Below the pieces are notes generated by a model, which was given only the letters and a program-made list of their open reading frames with translations, did no database searches and was not told the DNA's origin. A stretch of 64,000 nt of DNA. Source: the human T2T-CHM13v2.0 reference genome, Homo sapiens. The number at the start of each line of letters is the position of its first letter. The stretch's first letter is position 1. Location: assembly GCF_009914755.1 (NCBI RefSeq), contig NC_060926.1; one strand, 5' to 3'. The position numbers and the translations under genes were made by a program. Below, one piece after another: positions 27,571 to 42,009 of the stretch.

Positions 27571-28973
27571 GTGGATGAGCAGGCATTTGGTTGGAACTTC
27601 TAAGGACTCATACAATTTAGTGAAAATGTAAAAACAACTTTGTAAAATGTGTTTTGGGGATAATGAATAGAAGTGTCTAGATGGGGCTAAGGGCTCCCGT
27701 GAAGGACTAGTGGGATTAGATGAGATAATGTACTTATGTTGAAAAGTACTTGGTCTTTTTTTTTTAATCCTGCTTTTTGCAAAACTTTTGCACCTAAATT
27801 AGTGTTATATTTATAGTTGTTCATGCTTGTTGTAAATAAAAACTGGAATGAAGTAGTAATAATGCCTAGAGTAGTCCTTTCTTGAGGGGAAGCTGAGTTT
27901 CTTTGGATATCTGTTTACTCTGTATGTCAGGCCTGCAGTTGTGTTTGGACACACCATGGTTGTAATTCATACTCTTGGTTTTAGCAACACTTTCATATGT
28001 AGTTGTCACTACGTTGTAATTACAGCAATAAAATCCATTCTTTGGGAACTATTCCAGTGTTTAGAATGCTGAAAATAAGTGTGCTTAGTACCAGTTGTCA
28101 CAATGATTTTTCCAATGCTAGAATTTCTAAGAAATCAGTGTCTATTGTACTTCAAAACAAAACTGATGTCTAATAAAATTCTCCTTTTAGAGATGGCAGC
28201 TCTTTGTAGAACCTGAAAAAGGAAACTTTAAATCAAAAGGAATATTAAAAAAGCCTTATGTTATTCTATTTAGAAATATTGAAAGGGAAGAAGGAATAAT
28301 CAAGTATCTCAGAAAAAAAAATAGCCTGGAGGCTTCAGGATATACTTTGCCTTATTTAGAAATTAAGTTGGTTCTAACATAAACCTGAGGGAGGAGTAGT
28401 TTGTATGTGTGGGATTGGGGTCAGCCCATTTGACCCTCTGATTCTTTCTGTTTTATATAGGAAAAGCTATATGGAATTCTACCTAAGCCTGTTTCTGTTT
28501 AATTATCTATGGGTGCACTGGTCTCTGCTACAGAGTCCACTTAGGCTCAGGCATAATAGCACAGACTGAAGCCATTGGGCCAAATCTGGAGAGAAGCTGT
28601 GTCACTAGAGTATCAGCAGAGCAGGCGACACTGTGCTTGGGTAGGCTTTTACCATGCTGTTCTTCACACTGGAAATTGGTCAGAGTGTTGCTGTTTATTA
28701 GCTATACCTAGGAATTTAATGATGTATCCTTTTTCTAGTGATTTAAATGGACATAATTGCAGGAAAGGTTGGTAATTCAGCAAGAAGATTACTTAGAAAA
28801 CTTTTAGAATTGGTTTCATGATGCTAGGGACATTTCTGATTTCTGTCCATGGTGGCATAGGACATCCATATGAAGTTGTAGCTATCACAACATGCATCTT
28901 TTAATCTGGAGACTGAGAAAATATTCTGCCTGGTGTGACAAAATGGCTATCCCAATATAGCCATTTTGATATG

Positions 28974-29629
<656 letters not shown>

Positions 29630-30650
29630 GCATAATTACATCCTAACTCCCCATTGCCTTCCAGGGAGTCTGTCCTGGACTTCATCCCTCCTCTCCAAAC
29701 TCTTGATAAACATTATTTTTTGAATATCTTCATACCATCTCAAACACATGTCTACAGTAGAACTGAGTGTCTTTCTACGAATTTGACTCCTTAGCTTGAA
29801 GGTTTAAAGCAAACTTGTCCAACCTGTGACTCATGGGGCCACATGCAACGCAGGACGGCTTTGAATGAGGCCCAACACAGATTCGTAAACTGTCTTAAAA
29901 CATTATGAGATTTTTTTGTGATTTTTTTAAGCTCATCAGCTATTGTTAGTGTTAGTATATTTTATGTGTGGCTACACTGGGCCACACTGGAAGAAGACAA
30001 TTCTTCTTCTTCCAGTGTGGTGCAGGGAAGCCAAAAGATTGGACACCCCTCTTATAAAGGATACTAGCAATTGCCTATTTATTCAGATTAAGAACTGCAA
30101 ATTCTTCTGGACATATTCTCCAGAAAAAGTTCATATATGCAGTGCTTTGCATAAAATTCAGGCTTGATGACTAGTCCCTCCTGAAGCTAACCTGAGTATA
30201 CAACATTTAAAAAGTAGAAGCCTGACTGCGAGGATGACATCAAAGGCCCACTGTCCAGTATTTCATGTCTGTACACTGGTGGATCACTACCCTTAACTAG
30301 TCTTCCCCTTCTCAAGCCTCTTGTAAGAATTCTTTCCTTTAGCAACAGCAATTTATTTATTCGTTCTCTGAAGGAGGCTTGTTTTCCTTTCTCCACTCCA
30401 TTGGTAACACATCTCATCCCATCCCATTTAGAATTCTTGCTGTAGTTCTTTTTGCCCAGTGACCTTTTCCACCCTTTAAAACCCAGCCATGTTACACCTC
30501 CTCTAAAGTTGAAATTATGCTTCCTGTTATGTTTTCATGGGGACACATTTCTCTACATAGGGACTGAAAGTTCCTTAAGGACAAGGACAGTCATTTATTT
30601 TACTACTAAAGTGCATGGTATACATATCAAGCAAATACTTTTGGTTGATT
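29630..30650 (+). mobile_element. L2 fragments, with MER30 inserted
   Basis: tgaatatcttcataccatctcaaacacatgtc; gactgaaagttccttaaggacaaggacagtc. Confidence 0.5.
29810..30051 (-). mobile_element. MER30
   Basis: caaacttgtccaacc...gccaaaagattggacacccct; TSD gtttaaag/ttataaag. Confidence 0.92.
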
Positions 30651-32235
30651 TTGTATGGGTGTGTGGGTGTCTATCTTTGTGTGTGGGTGTGTTTGTACCT
30701 CAACCCTGCCGAGGTGCCCATTTTGCTTTCATGTGTGGTCTTGGAAGTCTTTTTTATGTACCAATATAGACTCTTTTATTAACATATTATTACTATGTTA
30801 GTTGAAAGTGAAAAATAATTCCACTGAATATTTTAACAATAAAAGCAAAATATGTGGTCTCTTTCAAAATTAGAATATTTTCCCTAGTTAGAGAGTTAGA
30901 ATAATTTAAATTTTAAAATATTTTAATTGGATATTAATGTATACTAATTTATTAATAAAAGAAAATGTGTGTGGGGTCCCACAGGATTATTCCTAGGATA
31001 AATAGACAGTTTTTTTCCTTAAGAATATGCCACTTAAAAATATTAGAATACACTGAATCCCAAATGAGGTTTATGGTACATGATATCATGATTTATGGGA
31101 AGAGTTGGATCTGAATATATTTACTGTATATTCTTATGATACTTTTATAAAAAAATTCCTCCCCAGAGAGCTAGAGAATAAACATAAATGGCAAGTATGA
31201 AAAACCTTTTAAATATTGGGAACCAGTAAATTTTTTTTTTTGTTTTAGTTGCTGCTTTCCTAAGAGAGATACTCGATGAAAGTTGTTGACCAAAGTACAT
31301 TTTTAAATCTTGGGTGGTTTAGGCAGGATTTATGCAGAAGTGATTTTGTCTTTAGATTCTTAAAAGGGTTCTGGAGAGATTTTATTTGATATTAAAGCTG
31401 TGAGATTGTAAATGGAGAAAAGTCATTCTGTGTGTATTTGACAGTCACCCATATCCTGTCACTGACGCTGAGATGGAAGCAAACTGAGTATTACTCACTT
31501 CATTGGCTCTATGGTATTTACTTAACTATATTAAACAAACACTGGGGAAACCTCAGGCCCTCTGATATAAAATATGCAAATCCTTAAGCATGACAATTTA
31601 TTAGAAAAAGAGAAAAATAAAGTGTGTCCATTGACAGTTCTGTGCAGAATTTAGGCAATGACTCATACATATTTTGCTGATTGTTTTTGTAATAAAAATT
31701 ATTCAAGAGAAAAATTAATACATTTTTATTTTCATAAGCAGTTCATTAATTATGTGAAGAAAAAAATTTTGTTTCATGGGTTTCTTAGGCAACAATCTGT
31801 ACTTTGGCTTAATGTGACATATTAGTTAAGGCATTTTCCTGCATATTCCAACTTTAGGCCTCTTAAACCTTTGCTCATAAATGTTACTGTTCATCAGCCT
31901 GTCAGTTAGCTGTCAAGTTGTGGTGTCAGCTCTCTTAGACTCATCATAGTAGCCCATTCTTGTATTAGTACTTTCTACCTAAGTATTTCTTAAATGATGA
32001 CTGAATTATTTTAATACACAAATATGAAGTGACCATATAACTTCTTTTGGTTCACTAGAGCCAAATGCATCTCACTAAACTTTTAAAAGAAGGCAATTTC
32101 CAATTCCAAAAGCATCTTCTGTCATGTCTTCCTTTGCTTTTTTGACATGGAAGTATAATATTTTTAAGATAAGGTATCTGGATAATCAATGTATTTTCAT
32201 GGCTTACTCAATGAATTTTGTCACTAGATGTGACT

Positions 32236-32337
32236 GCTATAACGTGTCTCTCTTCCTTCTTGTCTAAGGATGCTTTCTACTTCTAGCTATAATGTGTCTC
32301 TCTTCCTTCTTGTCTAAGGATGCTTTCTGGTTCTAGC
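32236..32337. repeat. 50-bp tandem duplication
   Basis: gctataa(c/t)gtgtctctcttccttcttgtctaaggatgctttct at 32236 and 32286. Confidence 0.97.
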
Positions 32338-32394
32338 CAAAGAACATTCTGGATTTATTGTTTTATTTGGTTTTGACATATGTTCTTTCAATTA

Positions 32395-33790
32395 AACACA
32401 TTTAAAAATAGGAGATATACAGACATGCATAAAGCATATATACTTTAAATAGAAGCTATAAATTATAAAATACATACCTCTGCACTTGTATTACCACTTC
32501 CCTGGTGAAGAAATGGAATGTTGCTTGCACCCCAGAAGTTCTCACGTGCCACTGCTGAAACACTTTTCCCTTACTGCAGAGGAAAGCACTATCCTGAATG
32601 TTGTGATTATTATTCCTTTCTTTTCTTTCCTACCTAATGTAGGACTCTAAACATTCAGTTTAGTTTTTCGTGTTTTTTGAACTGTATATGAATGTACTCA
32701 TACAGTGTTGTGTCTGAATGCTTTCATTCAGTGTTTGTGAGATTCATCCATGTCATTGCGTGAAGCTGTAGGTTGTTAGTTTTCAGTTATAATCATTCCC
32801 TCATATTAATATATTAAACGTGAATTATCCACTCTCTTGATGACCATTTGTGTTGTTTCTAACCTGGGGCTATTGTGAACAGGGTTGTGATGAATATTCT
32901 GAGACATACCAGTGTGTACATATATTATCTTCCTTAATTTATAGATGAGTGGATCATAGGGTTATATTCATTTTCCACTTCCCAGATAATGAGAATAGTT
33001 TTGCAAGTTAGTTGTGCCAGTTCATATTTCTATTATCAGAGTTCTGGTTCTTCCACATCCTAGAGTATGTTTAGTATTACAGCTGCTCCTTTATAATGGG
33101 GTCACATCCTGATAAACCAATGGTAAGTTGAAAATATAGTAAGTAAACAATGCATTTAATACACCTAACCTACAGAACATCATAGCTTAGCCTACCTTAA
33201 ACACTCTATGAACACTTACATTATCCTACAGTTGGACGAAATTATCTATTACAAATTCTATTTTATAATAAAGTGTTGAATATCTAACTTAAGAGTATTG
33301 AAACACATAAGACCAACCTGGGAAAAGACAAAAATTCAAGATACAATTTCTACTGAATGCTTATTGCTTTTACACCATCGTAAAGTCGAAGAGTTTTAAG
33401 TTAAACCACTGTAAGTTGGAGATCATCTGTATTAGTTACTGCTTTTGCTATTTCAATGGGTGTTCAGTGGTATCTCATTGTAGTTTTAATTAGCATTTTC
33501 TGGATAACCAATAAGGTTGAGTTCCTTTCTAGATGTTTATTGGTCGTTTATTCTTTTCTGTAAAGTATTTTGTTTGTCTTTTTCTATTGGGTTGTCTGTT
33601 GTTCATTTTTGTTTTTTGAGGCATTCCTTATATTCTGCATATCTGTCCTTTGTTGGATACAGTTTTGTTATACATGTATTTTTTTTAATTTTGTGCCTTG
33701 CTGCATTTTATGATTGGAAGTTTAGTCTAAATTTCTCAATTTTTTTGTATGTGGTTTATACCTTTTGTCTTATTTGCATATTTTTTTGAC
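32395..33790 (-). mobile_element. L1ME-like 3' region interrupted by MER47A
   Basis: gaggaaagcactatcctgaat, gtttgtgagattcatccatg, gtggtatctcattgtagttttaattagcatt. Confidence 0.75.
33080..33429 (+). mobile_element. MER47A (Tigger-derived MITE)
   Basis: cagctgctcc...aatgcatttaatacacctaacctac...gtaagttggagatcatctg; TA on both flanks. Confidence 0.9.
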
Positions 33791-34554
33791 ATTTCATTAT
33801 TTCTAATTCACTGAAAAAATGTTGGATTCAGGTTAAGTTGTATGTAATAAGACTGGAAGAAAAATGGCCATATTGCACTGTCTCTAAAGTACCCTGGAGT
33901 GGTACACTGTGATCATATGCAATATCCAATAGTAATTTGAAGACATATTTTAGAAGTATAATTTAAATGTTTTTAAGGGCTGCAGTTCTGAGAGTTTTCT
34001 TTAAGAAGAACAGGGATAGAATATGCAATGGGTAATTAAATTCCATATATACATGTGCTAAATTAAGTTTTTTGGAGGAGATAAGAGTGCCACAATATGA
34101 TTTAAAAGCTGCAAAACATTAAAAAGTACAAATAATGTAACAGAAAGGCAGAACATCTGTTACTTAAAGGAGATATTAAACTTTGAGTGCTAACACAAAT
34201 GCTATGACATAATTCTAGAGTCTACACATTATTTTGCCTTATTTTGAGTATTATATATTATGAATATTATAAATATTATGAGTATAATTATACTTTTTAA
34301 AGGTTAATTTTTGTGTATATTTGGAGAAGGTGACTACGCAATAGTAAGACTGATCTTATTAAATGTGTAGAAAATTATATATCTGTAGCTTCAAAGGAGT
34401 TATTTTTGAGGTTATGCAAGTATTTAGAAAGTACTGCTGCTTCTCAAATTTTGAATGCAGTTTTGGAATTACATTCATGACCATATAAATAGGTACTTAA
34501 TACATTGGTTTATCATGAGAATTTAATCTCATTTCTTTGTGACCATAATCTATA

Positions 34555-35620
34555 TTTTAAAAATAAAACTTATTGAGGTATAATTTACACATAATAAAAT
34601 GCATAAATTTTAATACCTTTTGAGCTTTAAAATATGTATATACTTTCATATCCACCATTAGATGCCCACTGGTGGTATTCCATTGTTGGATATATCACAT
34701 TTCAGTTGTTTCCAGTTTTTTTGCCGGTATGAATAAAGGTGTTATGAACATTCATGGACAAGTGTATTTTTAGACATGTTTTGTTTCTCTTGGGTAAATA
34801 CTTAGTAATTCATTATGAGTTGTGGGCAAGCATATATTTAGCTTTAATATATAAAGCTTTAAAATATATAAATATAAATATATATTATATATTATATTAT
34901 ATATAATATATTTATATTTATATATACTATAATTTATATATAATATATATTATATATATAATATATTTATAATATATATCATATAAATAATATATATTTA
35001 TAATATATATCATATAAATAATATATATTTATAATATATATCATATAAATAATATATATTTATAATATATATCATATAAATAATATATATTTATAATATA
35101 TATCATATAAATAATATATATTTATAATATATATCATATAAATAATATATATTTATAATATATATCATATAAATAATATATATTTATAATATATATCATA
35201 TAAATAATATATATTTATAATATATATCATATAAATAATATATATTTATAATATATATCATATAAATAATATATATTTATAATATATATCATATAAATAA
35301 TATATATTTATAATATATATCATATAAATAATATATATTTATAATATATATCATATAAATAATATATAAAGCTTTAAAATAAGACAATTTTAAATCATTG
35401 TCTACAGTTCTTGCACCATTTCATATTCCCACCAGCAATGTATGGGCATTCTGGTTGGTCCACATCCTTGCCAACACTTGTGTTGTCAAGTGATGTTGAA
35501 CATGTTATTTAAAGTGTGTGCTTGTATCTTTTGTCCATTGTGTTTTTTGGTTTATTTGTCATATTATTGAGTTTTAAGAGTCTATTTTTTATGTATTTTG
35601 AGTACTAACCTTTTGTCACA
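34555..35620 (-). mobile_element. Old L1M fragment hosting an AT-rich minisatellite
   Basis: ttattgaggtataatttacac; tctcttgggtaaatac; resumes tgcaccatttcatattcccaccagcaatgtatg. Confidence 0.75.
34955..35368. repeat. 31-bp AT-rich minisatellite, ~13 perfect copies
   Basis: Unit catataaataatatatatttataatatatat; its single C recurs every 31 nt from 34980 to 35352. Confidence 0.97.
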
Positions 35621-35804
35621 CTGTTTTCCAAGGAGAAATTGAAAATTGTTTTAATGATAGTGTCATTGGATGTGTGTGTCTACTTTCTTCCCTGTTTTGT
35701 ATGCATGAGTTCTAAACCACCCATCCCCACAAAGGAGTTTCCTTACATTTTTACTCTGTATGTGGGTGTGTTTGGAAAGATGAGAAAGAAACATCATTAT
35801 TATG

Positions 35805-38800
35805 CATGGTACTGGTAAACAACACCACCACCACCACCCAGACACACAAAAAAATGGAACAGAATAGAGAGCCCAGAAATAGGGCTGCACACCTACAATT
35901 ATGTGATCTTTGACAAAGCTGACAAAAACAAGCAATGGGGAAAAAACTCCCTATTCAATAAATGCTGCTTGGATAACTGGCTAGCCATATGCAGAAAATT
36001 GAAATTGGACACCTTCCTTAAACCATATACAAAAATTAACTCAAGATGGATTAAAGACTTAAATGTAAAATCCAAAACTATAAAAAGCTGGAAGACAACC
36101 TAGGCAATACTGCTCTGGACTTAGGAATGGGCAAAGAGTTCATCTTGGAGATGCCGGAGGCAATTCCGATTAAAGCAAAAATTGACAAGTGAGATCTAAT
36201 TAAACTTAAAAGCTTCTGCACAGCAAAAGAAACTATCAACAGAGTAAACAGATAACCTACTGAACAGGAGAAAATATTTGAAAACTATGCATCTGACAAA
36301 GGGCTAATATCCAGTATATATAAGGAACTTAAATTTACAAGAAAAAAAACCCATTAAAAAGTGGACAAAGGACATGAACAGACACTTTTCAAAAGAAGAT
36401 ATACATGCAGCAAACAAGCATATTAAAGCTCAATATCACTGATCAATAGAAAAATGCAGAACAAAACCACAATGAGATACCACCTCAAACCCATCCAAAT
36501 GGCTATTATTAAAAAGCCAAAAATAAGATGCTAGTGAGGTTGTGGAAAAAAGGGAACACTTACACATTATTGGTGGGACTGTAAACTGGTTCAACCATTG
36601 TGGAAGACAGTGTGGCAATTCCTCAAAGAGTTAAAAACAGAATGACCATTCAACCCAGCAATCTCATTACTGGGTGTACACCTAAAGGAATATAAATCAT
36701 TCTGCCATAAAGACCCATGCATGCAAATGTTCATTGCAGCACTATTCACAACAGCAAAGACATGGAATCAACCTAAATGCCCATCAATAATAGACTGGAT
36801 AAAGAAAATGTGGTACATATACATCATGGAATATTATGCAGCCATAAAAAGAAATGAGATCATGTTCTTTTTAGGAACATGGATGGAGCAGGAGGCCATT
36901 TTCCTTAGCAAACTAACACAGGAACAGAAAACCAAATACTGCATGTTCTCACTTGTAAGTGGGAGCTAAATGATGACAACTGTATCAGTCCATTTTCACA
37001 TTGCTATGAAGAACTACCTGAGATTGGGTAATTGATGAAGAAAAGAGGTTTAGTTGACTCACTGTTCTGCATTCTTAACAGGAAGCATGCCTGGGAGGCC
37101 TCAGGACTCTTATGATCATGGTGGAAAATGAAGGGAAGGCAAGCATATCTTACCATGGGGGAGTGAGAGAGAGAGAGAGAGAAGGAGGAAGTGCCACACA
37201 CTTTCAGACAACCAGATCTCAGGATAACTCACACACTATCATGAGAACAGCAAGTGGGAAGTCCACCTCTATGATTCAGTCACCTCCCACCAGGTCTCTC
37301 CCCTGACATGGGATTACAATTTGAGATGAGATTTGGGTGAGGACCCAGAGCCAAACCATATTATTCTGCCGCTGACCCCTGCCAAATCTCATGTCCTTCT
37401 CACATTTCAAAACACAATCATGCCTTCCCAATAGTCCCCCAAAGTCTTAACTCATTCTAGCATTAACCCAAAAGCCCAAGTCCAAAGTCTCATCAGAGAC
37501 AAGACAAGTCCCTTCCATCTATAAGCCTGTAAAATCAAAAGCAAGTTAAGTTAGTTACTTCCAATACAATGGGGGTACAGGCATTGGGTAGATGCTCCCA
37601 TTCCAAATGGGAGAAATTGACCCAAAGAAAGGGGCTGTTGGCCCCATGCAAGTCCAAAACCCAGCAGGGCACTCATTATATCTTAAAGCTCCAAAATAAT
37701 CTCCGTTAACTCTGTGTCTCACATCCAGGGCACACTGGTGCAAGAGGTGAGTTCCCATGGCCTTGGGCAGCTCTGCCCCTGTGGCTCTGCAGGATACAGC
37801 CCCTTTTGCTGCTTTCATGGGCTTGTGTTGAGTGTCTGTGACTTTCCTAGACACATGGTATAAGCTGTCAGTGGATCTGTCATTCTGGGGTGTGGAGGAT
37901 GGTGGCCCTTTTCTCATAGCTCCACTATGCAGTGCCCCAGTGGGGACTGTGTATGGGGGCTCCAATCCTACATTTCTTCCCCACACTACCCCAGTAGAGA
38001 TTCTCCATGAGGTTTCTGTCCCTGCAGCAGACTTCTGCCTTAACATCCAGGCATTTCCTTACATTATCTGAAATCTAGGCAGAGGCTCCCAAAGCTCACC
38101 TTTTGCCCTCTGCACACCCACAGGCCAAACACCATGTGGAAGCTGTTAAGGCTTGGGGCTTGCACCCTCTGAAGCTATGGCCCAAGCTGTACCTTGGCCT
38201 CGCAGCCATGGCTGGAACTGGAGTGGCTGGGATGTGGGGCACCATGTCCCAAGGCAGCACAGAACATCTAGGCCCTGGACCTGGCCCATGAAATCATCTT
38301 TCCCTCCTAGGCCTCAGGACCTGTGATGGGAGGGGCTGCTGTGAAGATCTCTGAAATGCTCTGGAGACATTTTCCCCATTGTCTTGGCTATTAACATTAG
38401 GCTCTTCTTTACTTATGCAAATTTCTGCAGCTTTGAATCACCCCCACCCCCGAAAATCAGTTTTTCTTTTCTCCCACATGGCCAGGCGCAAATTTTCCGA
38501 ACTTCTTGCTCTGCTTCCTTTTTAAACATAAGTTACAGTTTCAGGCCATCTCTTTGTGAATGCACACGACTGTATGCATTAGGAGCAGCCAGGTCACATT
38601 GTAAATGCTTTGCTGCTTAGAAATTTCTTCCACCAGATATCCTCAATCATCTCTCTCAAGTTCAAAGTTTCTAGGGCAGGGGCAAAACATCACCAATCTC
38701 TTCACTAAAGCATAGCAAGGGTGACCATTACCCCAGTTCAGACCACCTCAGCCTGGACTTCATTGTCCATATCACTAGCAGCATTTTGGTCAAAACCATT

Positions 38801-39572
38801 CAACAAGTATCTAGGAAGTTCCAGACTTTCCCACATCTTCCTGTCTCTTTCTGAGCCCTCCAAACTGTTCCAACCTCTGCCTGTTACCAAGTTCCAAAGT
38901 TGCTTTCACATTGTTAGGTATTTTTGTAGCAGTGCTCCACTAATACCAATTTTCTATATTAGTCCATTTTTACACTGCTATAAAGAACTACCTGAGACTG
39001 GGTAATTTATGAGCAAAAGAGGTTTAATTGACTCACAGTTCTGCAGGCTTAACAAGGAAGCATGAATGGGAGGACTCAGGGAACTTACAACCATGGTGGA
39101 AGGTGACAGGGATGCAAGCACATATTACCATTGTGGATCATGAGAGAGTACAAGTGAAAGGGGAAGTGCTACACAGTTTCGAACAACCAGATCTCCTGAG
39201 AACTCACTCACTATCATGACAATAGCAGGGGAAGTCTGCCCCCATTATTCAATCACCTCCCACCAGGCCCCTCTCCCGACACATGGGGATTACAATTCAA
39301 GATGAGATTTGGATGGGGACACAGAGCCAAACCATATCAAAAACTCATGGACACAAAAAACTCATGGACACAACAGACACTGGGATCTTCTTGAAGGTGG
39401 AGGTTGGGAGGAAGGAGAGGATCAGAAAGAATAACTATTGAGTACTAGGATTAGTACCTGGGTGATGAAATAATCTGTAAATGAAACCCCAATGACACCA
39501 ATTTACCTACATAACAAACGTACACCTGTACCCCTGAACCTAAAATAAAAGTTAAAATTAAAAAAAAAAAAA
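35805..39572 (+). mobile_element. 5'-truncated L1PA13-15-like element (ORF2 end, 3'UTR, poly A), split by an MSTA provirus
   Basis: ORF2 remnant [19 protein letters not shown]; 3'UTR resumes at 39340; poly(A) at ~39560-39572. Confidence 0.93.
36981..39339 (-). mobile_element. Complete MSTA MaLR provirus: LTR 36981-37363, internal 37364-38954, LTR 38955-39339
   Basis: Two homologous LTRs (t[g/a]tat[c/t]agtcc...aaaccatat[t/c]a) flanking ~1.6 kb MaLR internal sequence; TSD acaac/aaaac. Confidence 0.95.
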
Positions 39573-39783
39573 CCTAGCTATTATGGAAAAAAGAAAGTCA
39601 TTGTAACCCCTTCTGTTAGATATACTTTTAAAACGTTAAAGTAACTTTTCACTTGTAAATACAATGTGTTTTTGATAAACACCTGTCAGAGCACTGTGTT
39701 GCTATATGTGGCATCCAGACTCTTAGCATAACCTCTCATGATCTATGGCAGCTTTAGGTCAGTCTTAAAAAAAATGTTGAAAG

Positions 39784-40092
<309 letters not shown>

Positions 40093-40145
40093 TCATTCAG
40101 CATTCAAGGGGACCTGATGTCTGAGATTAGTTTAACCTAATGAAG

Positions 40146-40293
40146 CACTGGTCCTTAAATTTGGGAGGAAAGTTTGAGAGTCTGATGACAACGTACACTA
40201 TTTCCCCAGATACAAATGTACATTTATGAACATGCATATACATAAATAATTTTGCATGCAATCATATGAGAGTCTCCAGTTTAAAAACTTCTG
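40146..40293. mobile_element. Charlie4z-like hAT MITE
   Basis: tttgagagtctgatgaca...ttccccaga...aattttgcatgcaat...agtttaaaaacttctg. Confidence 0.6.
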
Positions 40294-41814
40294 CAATAAA
40301 AATTCCTCTTGTGTGTCTTCATTGGCTACTGCATCTTCACGTCTTATTGTGTGGTCCTCTTTATCTGTGTCTCAGCAAGGAGGTGATGTGAGGATAATCT
40401 TGCAAAATGTAGAGTCTTAGAAAGGTGAGCTTTTGCCTGAGACCCCACTTCTTGGTTAACTTATGGTGAGTGTGCCTGTGTTCATCTAATACCTTTCATA
40501 TAAGGAAGGCAAGATGATTTATCCAGGCTGAGGGGGGAAACGAAGAAAGGATCGTGACAACCTAATGCAGGTTCTTGAATAAAAGGGGTTAGTTTCTAAT
40601 TTTGATGTGGAACCATAAACATGAGGATTTATTCCTAGTATCATGGGTGAATAGTTGCTTCTATTCCCGTGTATTCCTCACTGAGCTTTCTTGAGTATCA
40701 TCACAGATAACTCTGTTACCTGGTAATGAAGAACTCTGCTGGGGAAGTAAATGGAATGTGGTGATGTTGGGTTTTTCTGCCATTTTAGCTGATTTGAGGA
40801 GATAGTCTTTCTACAGATAGGAAGTTCTCATGCCATGAGTGATAGGGCAGTGTTTTTTATATCCATATAGTGGATTTTAGTTTTTCACTGGAACATGGAT
40901 AATGAGAAACTGTCTCTAAAAAGTATCTCTGAAGTTGAGATTTTTGGAGGGACTTCTTGAGGGAAGTGTTTTACCAGGAACTGGAACTTCATTATTGGTG
41001 ATAAGCTCTTTTCCTTTGGAGTTTTTATTTTGAAGCATAATACTCACTTGAATAGGAATAAATTCTTTATTTTTTGTTTATTTCTGGGCACAGTGCCCAG
41101 GTTTTTGTTGGGGCAAGTTTATCCTCTAAAGAAACTTTCTTAAACAGTAGATGTTTCATAGTCTCTGGTGGACCGAGCAGACTATCCAGTACATTGAGAG
41201 CAGGACTCTTTGAGACCTCCTAAAACAAGAGGATCTTGAAATCTACTGCTGTGGAACAGCAGCTCCAAGGGAGCAACACTTGTCTCCCCCAGAAATACTT
41301 AGATTTGTTGCTTTAAGTCTTGGTTGCACACACTGGGTGATATCTGAGAGTAGAAGAGAAAGCTCATGACTTTAGAGACATGTCATCATTTCATTGGCTG
41401 CAAGTACACATCTCTTCCTGTTGATTCTCCCCTTAGTTCTATAGCTAAATTCCTTGTCCAGTTACCAATAAGTATCTCTTTTTGGAAAACTCTGTCCATT
41501 TTTAAGCAACACTCCTGCATTCAAGGCTACAGATTGCTCAGTGCTTCAGTCAGCTGATACTGCTCCCTAAAGTTATGCAATATCCCAATATCCCTGCTTG
41601 AATTTCCACATAGTAGCTACATTCCTTTCTCTTCCTCAGAATCTTGCTTCTCTCTGATTTACTCTGCTTGTCTGTTCTATATAAGATGCCCCCATTTGTT
41701 GCCTGCATTCCTGGATGCGTTTTCCTCACTGCTGTTACGCAAGTGCCAAAGTCATTCTACCTTGCAAAAGTTTTAAGTGCCCTTCCCTAATTTAGAATGT
41801 TTTCTGAAATTATA

Positions 41815-42005
41815 CTTCATTCATTACTATTCAACATGTATTAAGCATGTTTATAGTGTATTAGGAATTGGGGAAGTGGTCCTGGAGGAGATCATGACCC
41901 AGGACATACTATGTTTAGTTGTCCTATGATGTGATAAGCGCTAGCTGTGTGAACATGTACAATGGAGACATAGAAATGTGTTTAAATCTGTTGTGGAGGA
42001 TTAAA
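41815..42005 (-). mobile_element. L2 fragment
   Basis: tattcaacatgtattaagcatgtttatagtgtattagg. Confidence 0.5.
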
Positions 42006-42009
42006 GGAG

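Noticed and set aside
31230-31300. Strong polypyrimidine tract + AG acceptors (also ~47025, 47235, 44920)
   Set aside because: No convincing donor with an open frame downstream; such sites are common in T-rich DNA
34955-35368. Regular ~31-bp periodicity as a CRISPR-like array
   Set aside because: Units are head-to-tail with no unique spacers, in primate DNA, with no cas genes
35903-36969. L1 ORF2-like ORFs
   Set aside because: Fragments of a truncated, frameshifted L1; not retrotransposition-competent
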